From: Bacteriovoracia bacterium | GTDB lineage: Bacteria; Bdellovibrionota; UBA1018; JBFWNL01 | NCBI GenBank assembly: GCA_050251055.1 | Contig: JBFWNL010000004.1 | Coordinates: 160,001-224,000, forward strand | Reading direction: 5' to 3' | DNA length: 64,000 nucleotides | Part shown: one piece after another, positions 18,606 to 28,619 of the stretch | How positions within the stretch are numbered: position 1 is the stretch's first letter | How the letters are laid out: every line of letters begins with the position of its first letter | Program-made: the position numbers and the translations under genes | The notes under the pieces: generated by a model | What the model saw: the letters and a program-made list of their open reading frames with translations, nothing else | Database searches by the model: none | Told to the model about the DNA's origin: nothing

Positions 18606-19871
18606 TTACAGGGGTTGTCTGCGATGCTTTGTGGAGGCGGGCATGCGCCGGTAGGTGTCCCAGTAGGCGCGAATCGGGCCCCCGCGGTCCCGGGCCCAGT
18701 CGGCGGGAAGCCTGAGCGAGTAGCCCTTGGGAATGCGAAGTTCATCTTTATAAACGGCGTCCGTCAGGGCCGGGTTGTATTCCTTGAAGAGGCGTCGCGG
18801 GATGCCTAAAAACTTGATCAAAACGGACGCGGAAACATAGTCTCGCACTTCCACTTCGACGTAATCGATAGGTTTCATGCGTTGAACGCCCAGAAAGTAG
18901 CGGTCGGCGTTGGCTTCGATCTCGGCCGCGGCCAAAAATTCCATGAAGTAGTTTTGACTGGCAAAACCGAACATACGAGAGCGGTAGTTCTTCAAGACAT
19001 CTTTAATGTGGCTCGAATCGACTTTTCGAACTCCGCGCATGATGCCCATGCGGCCGTGGTTATAAGCCACGATCGCCAGTGGCCAATTCCCTAGGGCATC
19101 GTAGTTGGCACGAAGGAGCTTGGCGGCGGCGGCGGCCGAAAGAATGGGGTCATTGCGCTCGTCAACCGCGTCGTTGATCGTCAGATAAAGACGGCCGGTG
19201 GATTTAATGAACTGCCAGATGCCGCTCGCGCCAACCTTGGACTTTGCGTTCACGTTAAAGCTGCTCTCGACGAACGGGATACGGGTCAAGATCGGCGGTA
19301 CCCCCGCCTTCCGGAACTCTTCCTCCATCCGGGACAGGTACAAACCCGAAAGTTCGATGGATTCCTTGAACCGTTGGCGAAGCCCCGTCTGCATGCGGAT
19401 CCGCTTGCGACGAGCGGCCTCGAGGAAACGGTTAGGATCGTCAATCTCGTCGAAAAGACGAAATACCCGGCGTTCTTCCTCCGTCATCTTCTCCAGCACG
19501 CCCTCGCGTTCGTGCAGGGTCGTCAACACCCGACGCCATTTCTCACGCATCTTACCGGTGAAGTCCCGGCTACGGCCACGCGGTTGATTTGTAAAATCGA
19601 TCATCTCGTAAACGATGTTGACATGCTTGGCGTCATGGACCAACGCTTGGGTGGAGTTATAATGGGTGTATACCTTGGTCCAAAAATCGATATGCTTTCG
19701 GAACCAAGGGTCGCCAAAGTATTCGGCGACATTGAAGTCAGCCGACGACTGAGCGGTCGGCGGTGGATTGAGCGGCGGCGTATTCGCTCCGGCCGGAAGC
19801 AATCCAACGGAGAGGGAAAACACGGCGAGCAGCCACGCTCGTTTGTTGAAGGAAATTTTTCGCGAGAACAT
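18606..19871 (-). CDS. MltD-like lytic transglycosylase
   Basis: PFVESSFN..A.SKVGASGIWQF..TGR, VDERNDP, AYNHG; start ATG 19871 or 19883. Confidence 0.92.
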   Translation of the reverse strand: MFSRKISFNKRAWLLAVFSLSVGLLPAGANTPPLNPPPTAQSSADFNVAEYFGDPWFRKHIDFWTKVYTHYNSTQALVHDAKHVNIVYEMIDFTNQPRGRSRDFTGKMREKWRRVLTTLHEREGVLEKMTEEERRVFRLFDEIDDPNRFLEAARRKRIRMQTGLRQRFKESIELSGLYLSRMEEEFRKAGVPPILTRIPFVESSFNVNAKSKVGASGIWQFIKSTGRLYLTINDAVDERNDPILSAAAAAKLLRANYDALGNWPLAIVAYNHGRMGIMRGVRKVDSSHIKDVLKNYRSRMFGFASQNYFMEFLAAAEIEANADRYFLGVQRMKPIDYVEVEVRDYVSASVLIKFLGIPRRLFKEYNPALTDAVYKDELRIPKGYSLRLPADWARDRGGPIRAYWDTYRRMPASTKHRRQPL

Positions 19872-21351
19872 GCTTAAGCCCATTCAGCATATCATAATAT
19901 TTGCCGTCTTCGCGATGGGTTGCGCGAAATCCCCATCGTCCGCCGACCCGAGCGCGATCCGCATGCTCGTCGCGAGCCTGCCCAACACCCTCAATCCCCG
20001 CACCGCCCTGGATCAAGCGAGTCAAAAAATTCTCGCCGCCGTCTATCCTTCGGTGATTGAACCCAGCGCTCCCCACACGGTTTCCCCCGACGGTAAGCGA
20101 TGGCGTTTTAAAGCGGGGCTCGTCGCGCCCGCGGAAAATCTTGCCGAGTGCCTGAAGGAATACCAAACCGGAGAGCCCCCCTCGGCTTTTCGCGACGTCT
20201 TCAAAGACGTGGCCGCGATCGAAGCCCAGGGCGGCGAGCTTGCCATCACCCTGAAACGTCCGAACCCTGATTTCGCGGACGAAGCGACGGGCGTGCGTTT
20301 TTTCCGGCAACCCGGACGGCTCGCTTGCCAAGACCCCGTGGAAGGCCAGCCGATTACCTCCCCCGGACCTTACCGGATCGGGGACGGCAGGTACGCGAGC
20401 GCGATCCCGGAGCGCCGACTAGATCTCGTTCCGAATCCCTTAACCGCGGACGGCTTGAGCCCGCTTTCGATCTATTTCGTAAAAGACGAAAACACGCGCG
20501 CGCTGCGCATCTTGCGCGGGGAAATCGACGCAGCCTGGACCGCGATCAGCCTCGCGAAGGAACGATGGATCGAGCGTGAGCTTACGCGCGACTTCACCCA
20601 CCAAGAAGTTCACGGCTCTAGCGTTTCGTACCTCGCCTTCAACCTAAACGATCCTATTTTGCGCGACGTCCGCGTTCGGCGCGCCATCGCGGCCGCGATC
20701 GATAAACGCGCCATCATCGAGCAGAAGCTTTACGGATTCTGCGATCCCGCTAGCTCCTTTCTCCCGCCGGATCACCCGGACTTATTGAAAGCTTCGTTTC
20801 CTTATGATCCCGCGCGGGCGCGCGCCTGGCTGGACGAGGCCGGATACCCCGCGCGCGACGGAAAGCCGCGGTTCACGTTGAAATATAAAACCACGCCCGT
20901 GCGCGAGGGGATCGAGTTTTCCCAGATGGTGCGCCACTACCTGGAAAAAGTGGGAATCGCACTGGAGATTCAGGTTCTCGAGCCGGCGGTCTTCCTGGCG
21001 CATACGCGGCACGGAAATTTCCAGCTTTACTCGTCGCGGTGGTTAGAAACGCGCACCCCGGCGCCACTCCTGAACGCGCTTCGCTCGGGTGATCGGCGTA
21101 ACCGCGTGGGTTATCGCAACGCTACGCTCGATCGCATCATCGACCAGACCCGCGAAGAGCCCGACCCTAAGCGTCGAGGCCGGCAACTGCGAGAAATCCA
21201 AGCCCACCTGCAGCGAGATCTGCCGTACTTTCCACTTTGGTATTGGAAGAACTCCATCGTTCTGAGAAAAGACCTGGAGCGGTCCGAACACTTCGCCCGC
21301 GATTTTCAAGGGCGCCTGGAAGAATTCGGAAAGCTGAAACGCCGAAAGTAA
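19870..21351 (+). CDS. ABC transporter substrate-binding lipoprotein, family 5
   Basis: FAMGC lipobox; YLAFNLNDPILRDVRVRRAIAAAID, YDPARARAWLDEAGY. Confidence 0.9.
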   Translation: MLKPIQHIIIFAVFAMGCAKSPSSADPSAIRMLVASLPNTLNPRTALDQASQKILAAVYPSVIEPSAPHTVSPDGKRWRFKAGLVAPAENLAECLKEYQTGEPPSAFRDVFKDVAAIEAQGGELAITLKRPNPDFADEATGVRFFRQPGRLACQDPVEGQPITSPGPYRIGDGRYASAIPERRLDLVPNPLTADGLSPLSIYFVKDENTRALRILRGEIDAAWTAISLAKERWIERELTRDFTHQEVHGSSVSYLAFNLNDPILRDVRVRRAIAAAIDKRAIIEQKLYGFCDPASSFLPPDHPDLLKASFPYDPARARAWLDEAGYPARDGKPRFTLKYKTTPVREGIEFSQMVRHYLEKVGIALEIQVLEPAVFLAHTRHGNFQLYSSRWLETRTPAPLLNALRSGDRRNRVGYRNATLDRIIDQTREEPDPKRRGRQLREIQAHLQRDLPYFPLWYWKNSIVLRKDLERSEHFARDFQGRLEEFGKLKRRK

Positions 21352-21353
21352 CT

Positions 21354-22133
21354 ATGCATCGCTTTATCTCCAAACGCCTCCCCACCGAAAACAGCAACGT
21401 CGATCTCGATCCCGATGAAGCCAAACACGCCACCCGCGTCTTGCGTTTAACGGAAGGCGCCACCGTCGAAGTACTGGACGGGCAAGGAAAGGCCGTAAGG
21501 GCCCGCCTAATTCGCAACGGGCCGAGGTGGTGTTTTGAGTTCGTGGCGGCGGTAGCCGCGCCGACAGGTCCCGCGATGACGCCCCTGATCCTAGAGGTGG
21601 CGCTGCTAAAAGGGGAGGCGATGGAATGGGTCGTGGAGAAGGCCGTCGAACTCGGAGTGGCGGAGCTCGTGCCCGTGGATTCGCAAAACTGCACGCTTAA
21701 GATCGAAGGCAAAGGCCCCGAGCATTTTCAGAAACGCTGGCAGAAGATCGCCGATCAAGCTTTAAAGCAATGCGGGCGACCGCAGCGGATGCAGGTACAT
21801 CTACCGGTTCGCCTAGAAGACCTGCTCAAGCGGCCCGCCCGCCGCTACCTCTGCGTGGAACCCATCCACCATACGAACGAACCGCCGCCGTTGCTGCAGC
21901 GGGCCCTAGAAGTAGGATCGGTGGACGCAAGCAACGACTCTTCGAGCATTCACGTCCTCGTGGGGCCCGAAGGAGGTTGGAGCTTTCGCGAACTCTCGCA
22001 AATGCGCGCCGACGCGCAAATCCGGTCGGTGAGCCTAGGCGCGCTTACGTTGCGCGCTGAAACCGCCTGCCTTTTCGCGATATCCGTCGCACAGAGCGTG
22101 CAGCAATCGTTACTTGACAAAAAAATCAAATAA
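21354..22133 (+). CDS. rsmE: 16S rRNA m3U1498 methyltransferase
   Basis: HATRVLRL, KAVELGV, KQCGR, VGPEGG, LGALTLRAETA. Confidence 0.95.
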   Translation: MHRFISKRLPTENSNVDLDPDEAKHATRVLRLTEGATVEVLDGQGKAVRARLIRNGPRWCFEFVAAVAAPTGPAMTPLILEVALLKGEAMEWVVEKAVELGVAELVPVDSQNCTLKIEGKGPEHFQKRWQKIADQALKQCGRPQRMQVHLPVRLEDLLKRPARRYLCVEPIHHTNEPPPLLQRALEVGSVDASNDSSSIHVLVGPEGGWSFRELSQMRADAQIRSVSLGALTLRAETACLFAISVAQSVQQSLLDKKIK

Positions 22134-22152
22134 CGGGAACTTATGCTCAGGA

Positions 22153-22851
22153 ATGGCGGAGTCTAACCACACAAAAAAATTGGATTTCAAACCCATAACG
22201 AATGGGTTGGGTTTTCATCCCTTTTCGGAAGGTCTCCCGTATTCCACTCCGCAAAAAACTGCGGCCCCGAAGATCACCACCCCGGTGCCCCCGATGGGAA
22301 CGGGCGCCGTGGCCGCTGGACCCGCGCGTCCCGCGCCCCTGCCGTCGCTACCGCCCCTAATCGAACCGCGCCGCGAGCCGGAAAAACGCACGGATGTTCC
22401 CACTTCAAGGACCGAAGCGCCTCTGATTGAAGCCCCGGCTTTGGGTTTCGGGTATCTCGCCAAGCGCGTCGCCGGTTTTTTGATCGACACGGGTTTAAAC
22501 GTTTCTATTTGCCTGGGCACGCTCGCACTCGTGCTGCTTAAGATGAATTTAGATTTCACTTCCTTCTTCGCCTCCGACGCGCTTGCGCTCGCGATGCTCT
22601 TCGCGCTCGCTTTCAGCTGGGCGCTGGTTTCGGCGCAGGAAATCGCTTTCAACACCAGCATCGGCAAGCGCATCGCCGGTTTGGGGCTCGAAGGTACGAC
22701 GGGGCGTATTTTCCTCCGTTCCTTGCTTTTCGCGCTGACGACGGCGGTGTTCGCCATTGGACCGCTTTGGGCGGTGCTCGACCGCAAGCGCCGCACGCTT
22801 TACGATCTTCTCACCGGCACCCAACCCGTGGAAATCGTCCGTCTCAACTGA
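22153..22851 (+). CDS. RDD family membrane protein
   Basis: [29 protein letters not shown]. Confidence 0.85.
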   Translation: MAESNHTKKLDFKPITNGLGFHPFSEGLPYSTPQKTAAPKITTPVPPMGTGAVAAGPARPAPLPSLPPLIEPRREPEKRTDVPTSRTEAPLIEAPALGFGYLAKRVAGFLIDTGLNVSICLGTLALVLLKMNLDFTSFFASDALALAMLFALAFSWALVSAQEIAFNTSIGKRIAGLGLEGTTGRIFLRSLLFALTTAVFAIGPLWAVLDRKRRTLYDLLTGTQPVEIVRLN

Positions 22852-22861
22852 TCTTAACCGG

Positions 22862-23359
22862 ATGAAACGAGCCCCCGTCATGCGCGCTCTCCAAAAAAAA
22901 ATCCTCCCCGTAACCCGTTTGGCCCGCATCACCGCCGCGGCCAAGAAGCGCGGAAAACGCGTCGTCTTCACCAACGGATGTTTCGACATTCTTCATAAAG
23001 GCCACGTGCGCTACCTCGAACGGGCCCGCGCGCAAGGAGATCTCTTGGTCGTGGCGCTCAATGCGGACCAATCCGTACGCAAGCTCAAGGGCGCGGGCCG
23101 ACCGATCAACCCGCTACGCGACCGTCAAGAAGTCATGGCGGCTCTCGAGGCCGTCGATTACGTTACGTCTTTCGCGGAAGCCACTCCGCTGCGGGCGATC
23201 CTCACGTTGAAGCCAATGGTCCTCGTCAAAGGGGGGGACTGGAAAGCCAACGACATCGTCGGCGGGAGGGAAGTCTTAGGTTGGGGCGGCCAAGTGAAGT
23301 CGCTGAATTTCGTGAAGGGCCGCAGCACCACGCGCATAATAAAAAAAATAGCCGGCTAA
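22862..23359 (+). CDS. rfaE2: D-glycero-beta-D-manno-heptose 1-phosphate adenylyltransferase
   Basis: [33 protein letters not shown]. Confidence 0.93.
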   Translation: MKRAPVMRALQKKILPVTRLARITAAAKKRGKRVVFTNGCFDILHKGHVRYLERARAQGDLLVVALNADQSVRKLKGAGRPINPLRDRQEVMAALEAVDYVTSFAEATPLRAILTLKPMVLVKGGDWKANDIVGGREVLGWGGQVKSLNFVKGRSTTRIIKKIAG

Positions 23360-23443
23360 ACACCCGCGCTAGGCAACGCCCGCCCGGCAAATTTTTCCGA
23401 CTTTCCCCCGAACGGTTTGATTCCTAAAATGATTCTTAGAGCC

Positions 23444-23869
23444 ATGGGAATCCGAAACTCGTCATTGCGACAAATCGAGATCGAGGAAGAGCGGCATCAG
23501 GCCTACCTGAAATCGCGCCGCGAGCAGCAGGCCCGCACGGTCGAGGCGATGGAGTCCGAGAACCAAGAAGTCCTCACGAAACTTTCCGAGCATCACAAGG
23601 TGCAACAAGCTGAGGCGGAAAAAGCTTACAAAATCGAAATTTCGCGCGAAGGCGAGAAGCATCAAAAAGAGATGGAAACCCTGCGCTCAGCCTTCGAGGT
23701 GGAATTCAAAAAGGAAGAGGCCGATCAGGCCAAGCAGTACGACAAGATGCGGGACCGCGAGCGCGCGCGTGTCGACGCCTACCGCAAGAACCAGGAAGAA
23801 GTCATCAGCAAGCTACACGAGGACTACCAAAAAGCCGCGGATCAGATGCGGGAAAATCACAAAGGCTAG
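23444..23869 (+). CDS. Coiled-coil hypothetical protein
   Basis: E/K/Q/R-rich helical ORF; start uncertain (23429 or 23444). Confidence 0.7.
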   Translation: MGIRNSSLRQIEIEEERHQAYLKSRREQQARTVEAMESENQEVLTKLSEHHKVQQAEAEKAYKIEISREGEKHQKEMETLRSAFEVEFKKEEADQAKQYDKMRDRERARVDAYRKNQEEVISKLHEDYQKAADQMRENHKG

Positions 23870-23878
23870 TCGTATCCG

Positions 23879-24373
23879 CTATCGCGAAGAACCGCGGAAC
23901 ATCCGGTCAAACACCGACACGGAAACCAGCGCGAAGCCGTAAGTCATGCAAAAGAAGAAAGTCGAACCGGGTTTCGGTGCCGCCTCGAACACGGGGCGCC
24001 ACGCTGGGGTGTAAAGATTCGCCCAGAAAATCCAGCTGAACGCGCCCCAGGTGAAACCCATGCCGGCGAGCGGCCAGAACGCGTTAGTCTTGGTGAAGTG
24101 GGCGTAAACGACGCCCCAGAACGCAGCCAATGCTTCAAAGAGCACCACGCCCAAAGCCACCGCGCCCACACCGGGTTCGGTCGAGATCGCGGAGGCGCCC
24201 GCGAAGGGAAGGGCCATGAACTTCAGCGCGTACATGGGATCGGTACCGCAGGACTTCGCCGCGATGACCGAAACCCCCAGGGCGACCGCGCCCGCGAACA
24301 ACCCCGCCAATGCGCCCGCGACCCAACGCACGGGATCCTTCTTCAACCACATTTCCACGAGGTTCTGTTCCAT
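23879..24373 (-). CDS. 4-TM membrane protein
   Basis: Four hydrophobic segments; AAGGAG RBS. Confidence 0.8.
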   Translation of the reverse strand: MEQNLVEMWLKKDPVRWVAGALAGLFAGAVALGVSVIAAKSCGTDPMYALKFMALPFAGASAISTEPGVGAVALGVVLFEALAAFWGVVYAHFTKTNAFWPLAGMGFTWGAFSWIFWANLYTPAWRPVFEAAPKPGSTFFFCMTYGFALVSVSVFDRMFRGSSR

Positions 24374-24410
24374 TCACGGCTCCTTTTTGGTAGCCTTAAC
24401 GATAATCGAA

Positions 24411-25367
24411 ATGGGAAAACCTGTCTACAATCCACTACAAAGCCGCGCGTTGACCGAGCTCAACGCCAAGGACCTGTCTGCTTTAGATCGAGAACGGACG
24501 GTCTTCATTTTCGGCGTAGGTGGAATCGAAGACTTCGGTCCACACCTCCCCTTGGGGTTAGCCATGGAGAAAGCCCAAGCCTTAGCCGGGCTCGTGGCGG
24601 AAAAGATCGAATCCGACCTAAAAGGTTGGACAGCGATTCGCATGCCCCCGGCCCCCCTGGGGATCGACCGCGTTTCCCACGGACTGCACCTCTCGGTACG
24701 CCCCTTCGTGCTGAGGGATTACTTGGTGGACTCCTGCCGGAGGCTTGGCAAGGCGGGTTTTCGCCACTTTGTTTGCGTGACCGGCACAGTGACCCCGCGG
24801 CAGCTTACCGCAATCGAAGAAGCGGGCAAGATCGTGCACCGGCGCTTTTGGCTGACCCATCGTGGACGGGCACCCCGATTGCTATCGCTGCAGTCCTCCC
24901 TCGACAAACCGAAGAACTGGGAGTCTCCGCTTTGGCCCGATCCCATGGAACACGGGGGAGCAATCGACACGTCGATCGCTTTGTGGCTTCGCCCCGAGCG
25001 GGTTTCGGAAGCCCACGCCCATCTTCCGGCCGTGGAGCGCGACCCGTCGTTCTGGCAGCGTTTCCTTCAACGCTGGCAACGAAGGTCGCGGAGAGGCGAC
25101 GAAGTGGGCCGCTACTGGGGAGACCCCGCCGCGGCGACCGCGGAAAAGGGGGAGCAAGTATTACGCGCCCAAGTGAACGCGATCTGGCCAAAGCTTCGCC
25201 CGGTGTTGGAAGGCGCGTCTCCGCGTTCGGAGTTTCGCTCCTGGTATTCGATTTTGCCCCCCAACTGGAGCGCCTTCCTGCTCTGGAGCCTCTTTATCAT
25301 TATGCTTTTCGGAACGACGGGCTTAGCCCTGTATGTAGCCGAATACATAATGAATTTTGACATTTGA
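24411..25367 (+). CDS. Creatininase-fold protein with C-terminal TM helix
   Basis: GGIEDFGPHLPLG, EHGGAIDTS, WGDPAAATAEKGE; hydrophobic tail. Confidence 0.8.
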   Translation: MGKPVYNPLQSRALTELNAKDLSALDRERTVFIFGVGGIEDFGPHLPLGLAMEKAQALAGLVAEKIESDLKGWTAIRMPPAPLGIDRVSHGLHLSVRPFVLRDYLVDSCRRLGKAGFRHFVCVTGTVTPRQLTAIEEAGKIVHRRFWLTHRGRAPRLLSLQSSLDKPKNWESPLWPDPMEHGGAIDTSIALWLRPERVSEAHAHLPAVERDPSFWQRFLQRWQRRSRRGDEVGRYWGDPAAATAEKGEQVLRAQVNAIWPKLRPVLEGASPRSEFRSWYSILPPNWSAFLLWSLFIIMLFGTTGLALYVAEYIMNFDI

Positions 25368-25419
25368 CCCAACCTCCCATATACCAGGCCCTACTTCTTT
25401 CCCGGTTTGTCCGTAGGTT

Positions 25420-25497
25420 CGGGGTGTAGCGCAGCCTGGTTAGCGCGCTTCGTTCGGGACGAAGAGGTCGGCAGTTCGAATCTGCTCACCCCGACCA
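25420..25497 (+). tRNA. tRNA-Pro(CGG)
   Basis: CGGGGTG..CACCCCG-A-CCA acceptor; anticodon arm CTTCG-TTCGGGA-CGAAG; GTTCGAAT T-loop; TTGACA-N17-TATACC upstream (25357-25385). Confidence 0.97.
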
Positions 25498-25614
25498 TTC
25501 TTTTAATTTTTAAAAATGTCGGCTTTAACGGAGGATGCTCAACGCCCCCATGCCCGCAGACGCCCCCTTGAAGGCGACATTTCGGGGGGCGCGTGCTAGT
25601 CGTCAAAAGTAACT

Positions 25615-26307
25615 ATGACGAAACACACTCTCTCCTTCGTTGCTTGGGTTGGATTATTCGCCGCAAACGCAAGCGCATCCAGCATCCAAGTCCAGGGTTC
25701 CGCCCAGCAACAACATTTCGCCGACCAATGGGACATCACGTTCCGGGTCCTCGTGCGCAAACCCTCTAAGGAAGAAGCCACCCGCGCGTACAACCAGACC
25801 AAGAGCCAACTCGAAAAGCTCGTACCGTGCGGATCGGGTTGTGAAAAATTGCAATCGAACTTCTCGTCCCAACTCTGGCGCGAGTGGGTGAAGAGCAATT
25901 ACGTAAATCAAGGCTGGGAGATCCAGCACTTTTACACGTACCGCTACTTCGATCAGGAGAAAGGCACGCAGGACGCCCAGACGCTCTCGACCATCACTTA
26001 TTTGCAGATCGACGGCGTAAACGCGGGATTGAAGCGGGAAACCTTACTCAAGGCCCGGGACTCCGTACTCGAAGCCGCTTTTAACGACGCCTTGGACAAG
26101 GCGAAGGTACTCGCCAAAGCGGCGGGCAAGCGCCTGGCGAAAGACATGGAGATCACCGAAGGCCAAGCGCAGATGGCGCCCATGTACGCCAACGACTTCG
26201 CGATGAATCTCAAAGGCGCCGCGGAAAGCTCGCGCGCGGCGTTCAGCCTCGATTCCACGCGTATTCCCGTCTCGCAGTCGGTCACCCTCAAGGCCAACGC
26301 GGACTAA
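25615..26307 (+). CDS. SIMPL (DUF541) domain protein
   Basis: Signal peptide, IQVQGSA, LEAAFNDALDKAKVLAKAAG..ITEG. Confidence 0.8.
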   Translation: MTKHTLSFVAWVGLFAANASASSIQVQGSAQQQHFADQWDITFRVLVRKPSKEEATRAYNQTKSQLEKLVPCGSGCEKLQSNFSSQLWREWVKSNYVNQGWEIQHFYTYRYFDQEKGTQDAQTLSTITYLQIDGVNAGLKRETLLKARDSVLEAAFNDALDKAKVLAKAAGKRLAKDMEITEGQAQMAPMYANDFAMNLKGAAESSRAAFSLDSTRIPVSQSVTLKANAD

Positions 26308-26318
26308 TCGGCCTTCAC

Positions 26319-27221
26319 TTATCCCGCTCTTCGCTTGGCTTCTTTAAGCATCTCCAGAACCAGGCTCACTCGGCGCGGTAGTTTCTCTCCCGTTCGGCGC
26401 GCAACATGAACGGGGCTCGTCACTGGAGATTTTCCCGGAGAAAACTCTTTCATCGATTTTTCTTCCAGCTCTCCCGCCACGCAATGCGTGGGTAAAATCG
26501 CGACTCCGGCGCCTTCTTGCGTGGCGTGAATCGCCCCCGCTAACGTACCGATATAAACCGTGGGCGCGGCCACGCGATTCCGAAACTTTTTAAGATATCC
26601 ATGGGCCGCCAACCACTGCGATGCCACGGCCTCCCAGCCAGGATACCCCACGAGGCGTAATTTTTCGGGCTCGTGGGACCGGAACGGTTCGAAGAACTTC
26701 GCGGCCGCGGCGACCGCGGAATAACGTTCATCGGAAAATTTTTCGAACCGCAGATCGGGATGTAGACGCTCCCCCACGATAAAACCGAAATCGATGCGGC
26801 CTTCGAGCAAAGCTTGCACGATCTGCTCGTTCGGCTGAATGGTAATCTCGAAGCGCACGTCGGGGAACCGCTGAATTTGACCCATGATGCGCCGGTAGTG
26901 CGGGGTCCACTGGCAACTCTCCGGCATGGCGTAGCGAACCAGACCCATGGGAGTTTCGCGCTGGTTTCTCAGGCGCTCGGAAAATTCGTCCGCGCTCTCC
27001 AAGGCTCCCTCCGCGAACGTGTACAGCTCCTTGCCGATCGCGGTGAGGAATACGTCGTGCCCCACTCGTTCGAATAGCCGCCCACCCAAACTCGACTCGA
27101 GCTTGGCGATCTGCTGGCTCACCGTCGGTTGCGTGATCCCCAAAGACCGCGCGGCGGCGGAAAACGTTTTATCCCTCACGACTTGGCAAAAAATACGCAG
27201 TCCGTAGAAGTCGATATCCAT
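26319..27221 (-). CDS. LysR family regulator
   Basis: FSAAARSLGITQPTVSQQIAKLE..LFER. Confidence 0.95.
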   Translation of the reverse strand: MDIDFYGLRIFCQVVRDKTFSAAARSLGITQPTVSQQIAKLESSLGGRLFERVGHDVFLTAIGKELYTFAEGALESADEFSERLRNQRETPMGLVRYAMPESCQWTPHYRRIMGQIQRFPDVRFEITIQPNEQIVQALLEGRIDFGFIVGERLHPDLRFEKFSDERYSAVAAAAKFFEPFRSHEPEKLRLVGYPGWEAVASQWLAAHGYLKKFRNRVAAPTVYIGTLAGAIHATQEGAGVAILPTHCVAGELEEKSMKEFSPGKSPVTSPVHVARRTGEKLPRRVSLVLEMLKEAKRRAG

Positions 27222-27234
27222 AACAAATCCTTAT
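27220..27234. promoter_or_regulatory. Putative LysR box
   Basis: ATAA-N7-TTAT (T-N11-A) at the lysR start, facing the divergent gene. Confidence 0.6.
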
Positions 27235-27291
27235 ACTCACCATAAAAAACATGTGTTTTACAATGAGCGTTGTACACGCTACAAGCGCCTC

Positions 27292-28077
27292 ATGAAATTC
27301 AAATCGATGTGGGTAGTGACTTTAGGATTCATCGTAACGACCGCCGCCCAGGCCGAGCCGGCGACTTTTTTTCGCGTCTGGCAGGGCTTCAAGAAACCGG
27401 AGCTCACCCAACCCCAGTTTCGCGAAGCCGTGGGACCTTTTATGCAGTCCACGCTCGACACCTACCTCGGCAAAGGGTTGAATAACTACTTCGTGGCCAT
27501 GCCGCCGCTGAACAAGCCCGCCTTTGTTCCCGACGAGTTCGCCCTGGTGGGAATGACCACCGAAGCGGCTTATCGCGAAGTCCGCGCCACGCCGGCCGGG
27601 CAAGCCTACGGTGAAAAACACTGGGAGCTCTTCGATAAGAACACGTCCAAGAGTGCCCCCTTCCTGGTTTTTGACGCCAAGACCATGCCTACGCTTGCCC
27701 ATAACACTGCTTACGACATCATTGGCGACGCGATCGATTGGACCGCCGGACACACCACTTTCTTTTTAGGTTTGCGCAAGCCCGACGTAAAGCCGGAAGC
27801 GTTCCTGCGTGAACTTGCGTCCCACGTCGCTTTCGTGGCGCGCACGCTAAAGCCGCTCGGGTTAAAAGGCTACATCATCATCGCGCACGAAAATTATGAG
27901 ATCGCGTACCTCCACTGGGAAAGTAAAGAAAAGGCGGACACCGCGTTCGCCACCCAGCCTGGCCGGGACGTCGCCGCCGACGCGGGTAAGATCTTGGAAA
28001 GCCTCATGTTCCAGGCCGCCGAAAAGTACGAGGGCGTCGCGAAAGATCAGAGCTTTTACTCGACCGTGGGCCGGTGA
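27292..28077 (+). CDS. Secreted hypothetical protein, two EthD-like alpha/beta units
   Basis: Signal peptide AQA; repeated KKPELTQPQFRE / RKPDVKPEAFLRE and W/M-x-T/S-x-x-A patterns. Confidence 0.65.
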   Translation: MKFKSMWVVTLGFIVTTAAQAEPATFFRVWQGFKKPELTQPQFREAVGPFMQSTLDTYLGKGLNNYFVAMPPLNKPAFVPDEFALVGMTTEAAYREVRATPAGQAYGEKHWELFDKNTSKSAPFLVFDAKTMPTLAHNTAYDIIGDAIDWTAGHTTFFLGLRKPDVKPEAFLRELASHVAFVARTLKPLGLKGYIIIAHENYEIAYLHWESKEKADTAFATQPGRDVAADAGKILESLMFQAAEKYEGVAKDQSFYSTVGR

Positions 28078-28133
28078 GAGGCCTCCGATAAACCCTTGTC
28101 CAGGAGGGGTAAAAGCTGCTAATCCTTCCCTCC

Positions 28134-28619
28134 ATGGAAAATAAAACCGTTTACGATTTCACGGCGAAGGACGGGCGTGGCCAGGAACGCTCCCTCAAGG
28201 AGTTCGCGGGCAAGGCTTTGCTCATCGTCAATACCGCCAGCGAATGCGGCTTCACTCCGCAGTACAAGGGGCTTGAGGCCTTGCGCAAAAAATACCACGA
28301 AAAAGGGCTCGAGGTACTGGGCTTTCCTTGCAATCAGTTTGGCGGCCAAGAGCCGGGCGACGATCAGCAGATTTCGCAGTTCTGCGAGTTGAATTACGGC
28401 GTCAGCTTCCCGATTTTCTCCAAGGTCAACGTGAACGGCAGCGACGCCCATCCGCTCTTTGAGTTCCTCAAGGAATCCCTGCCGGGCATCTTGGGCTCCA
28501 AGATGATCAAGTGGAACTTCACCAAGTTTCTGGTTTCACGCGACGGAAAGCCGCTGAAACGTTACGCGCCGAACGACACGCCGGAAAGCATCGAAAAAGA
28601 AATTTCGGCCGCGCTATAG
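28134..28619 (+). CDS. Glutathione peroxidase (Cys type)
   Basis: VNTASECGFTPQY, LGFPCNQFGGQEPG, KWNFTKFL. Confidence 0.96.
   Translation: MENKTVYDFTAKDGRGQERSLKEFAGKALLIVNTASECGFTPQYKGLEALRKKYHEKGLEVLGFPCNQFGGQEPGDDQQISQFCELNYGVSFPIFSKVNVNGSDAHPLFEFLKESLPGILGSKMIKWNFTKFLVSRDGKPLKRYAPNDTPESIEKEISAAL

Noticed and set aside
24098-25360. 420-aa + strand ORF
   Set aside because: Alternative-frame shadow of the creatininase-like gene; Arg/Pro-rich with no motifs
25420-25600. tRNA-Pro as island integration site
   Set aside because: No adjacent integrase, no GC shift, no duplicated 3' end seen
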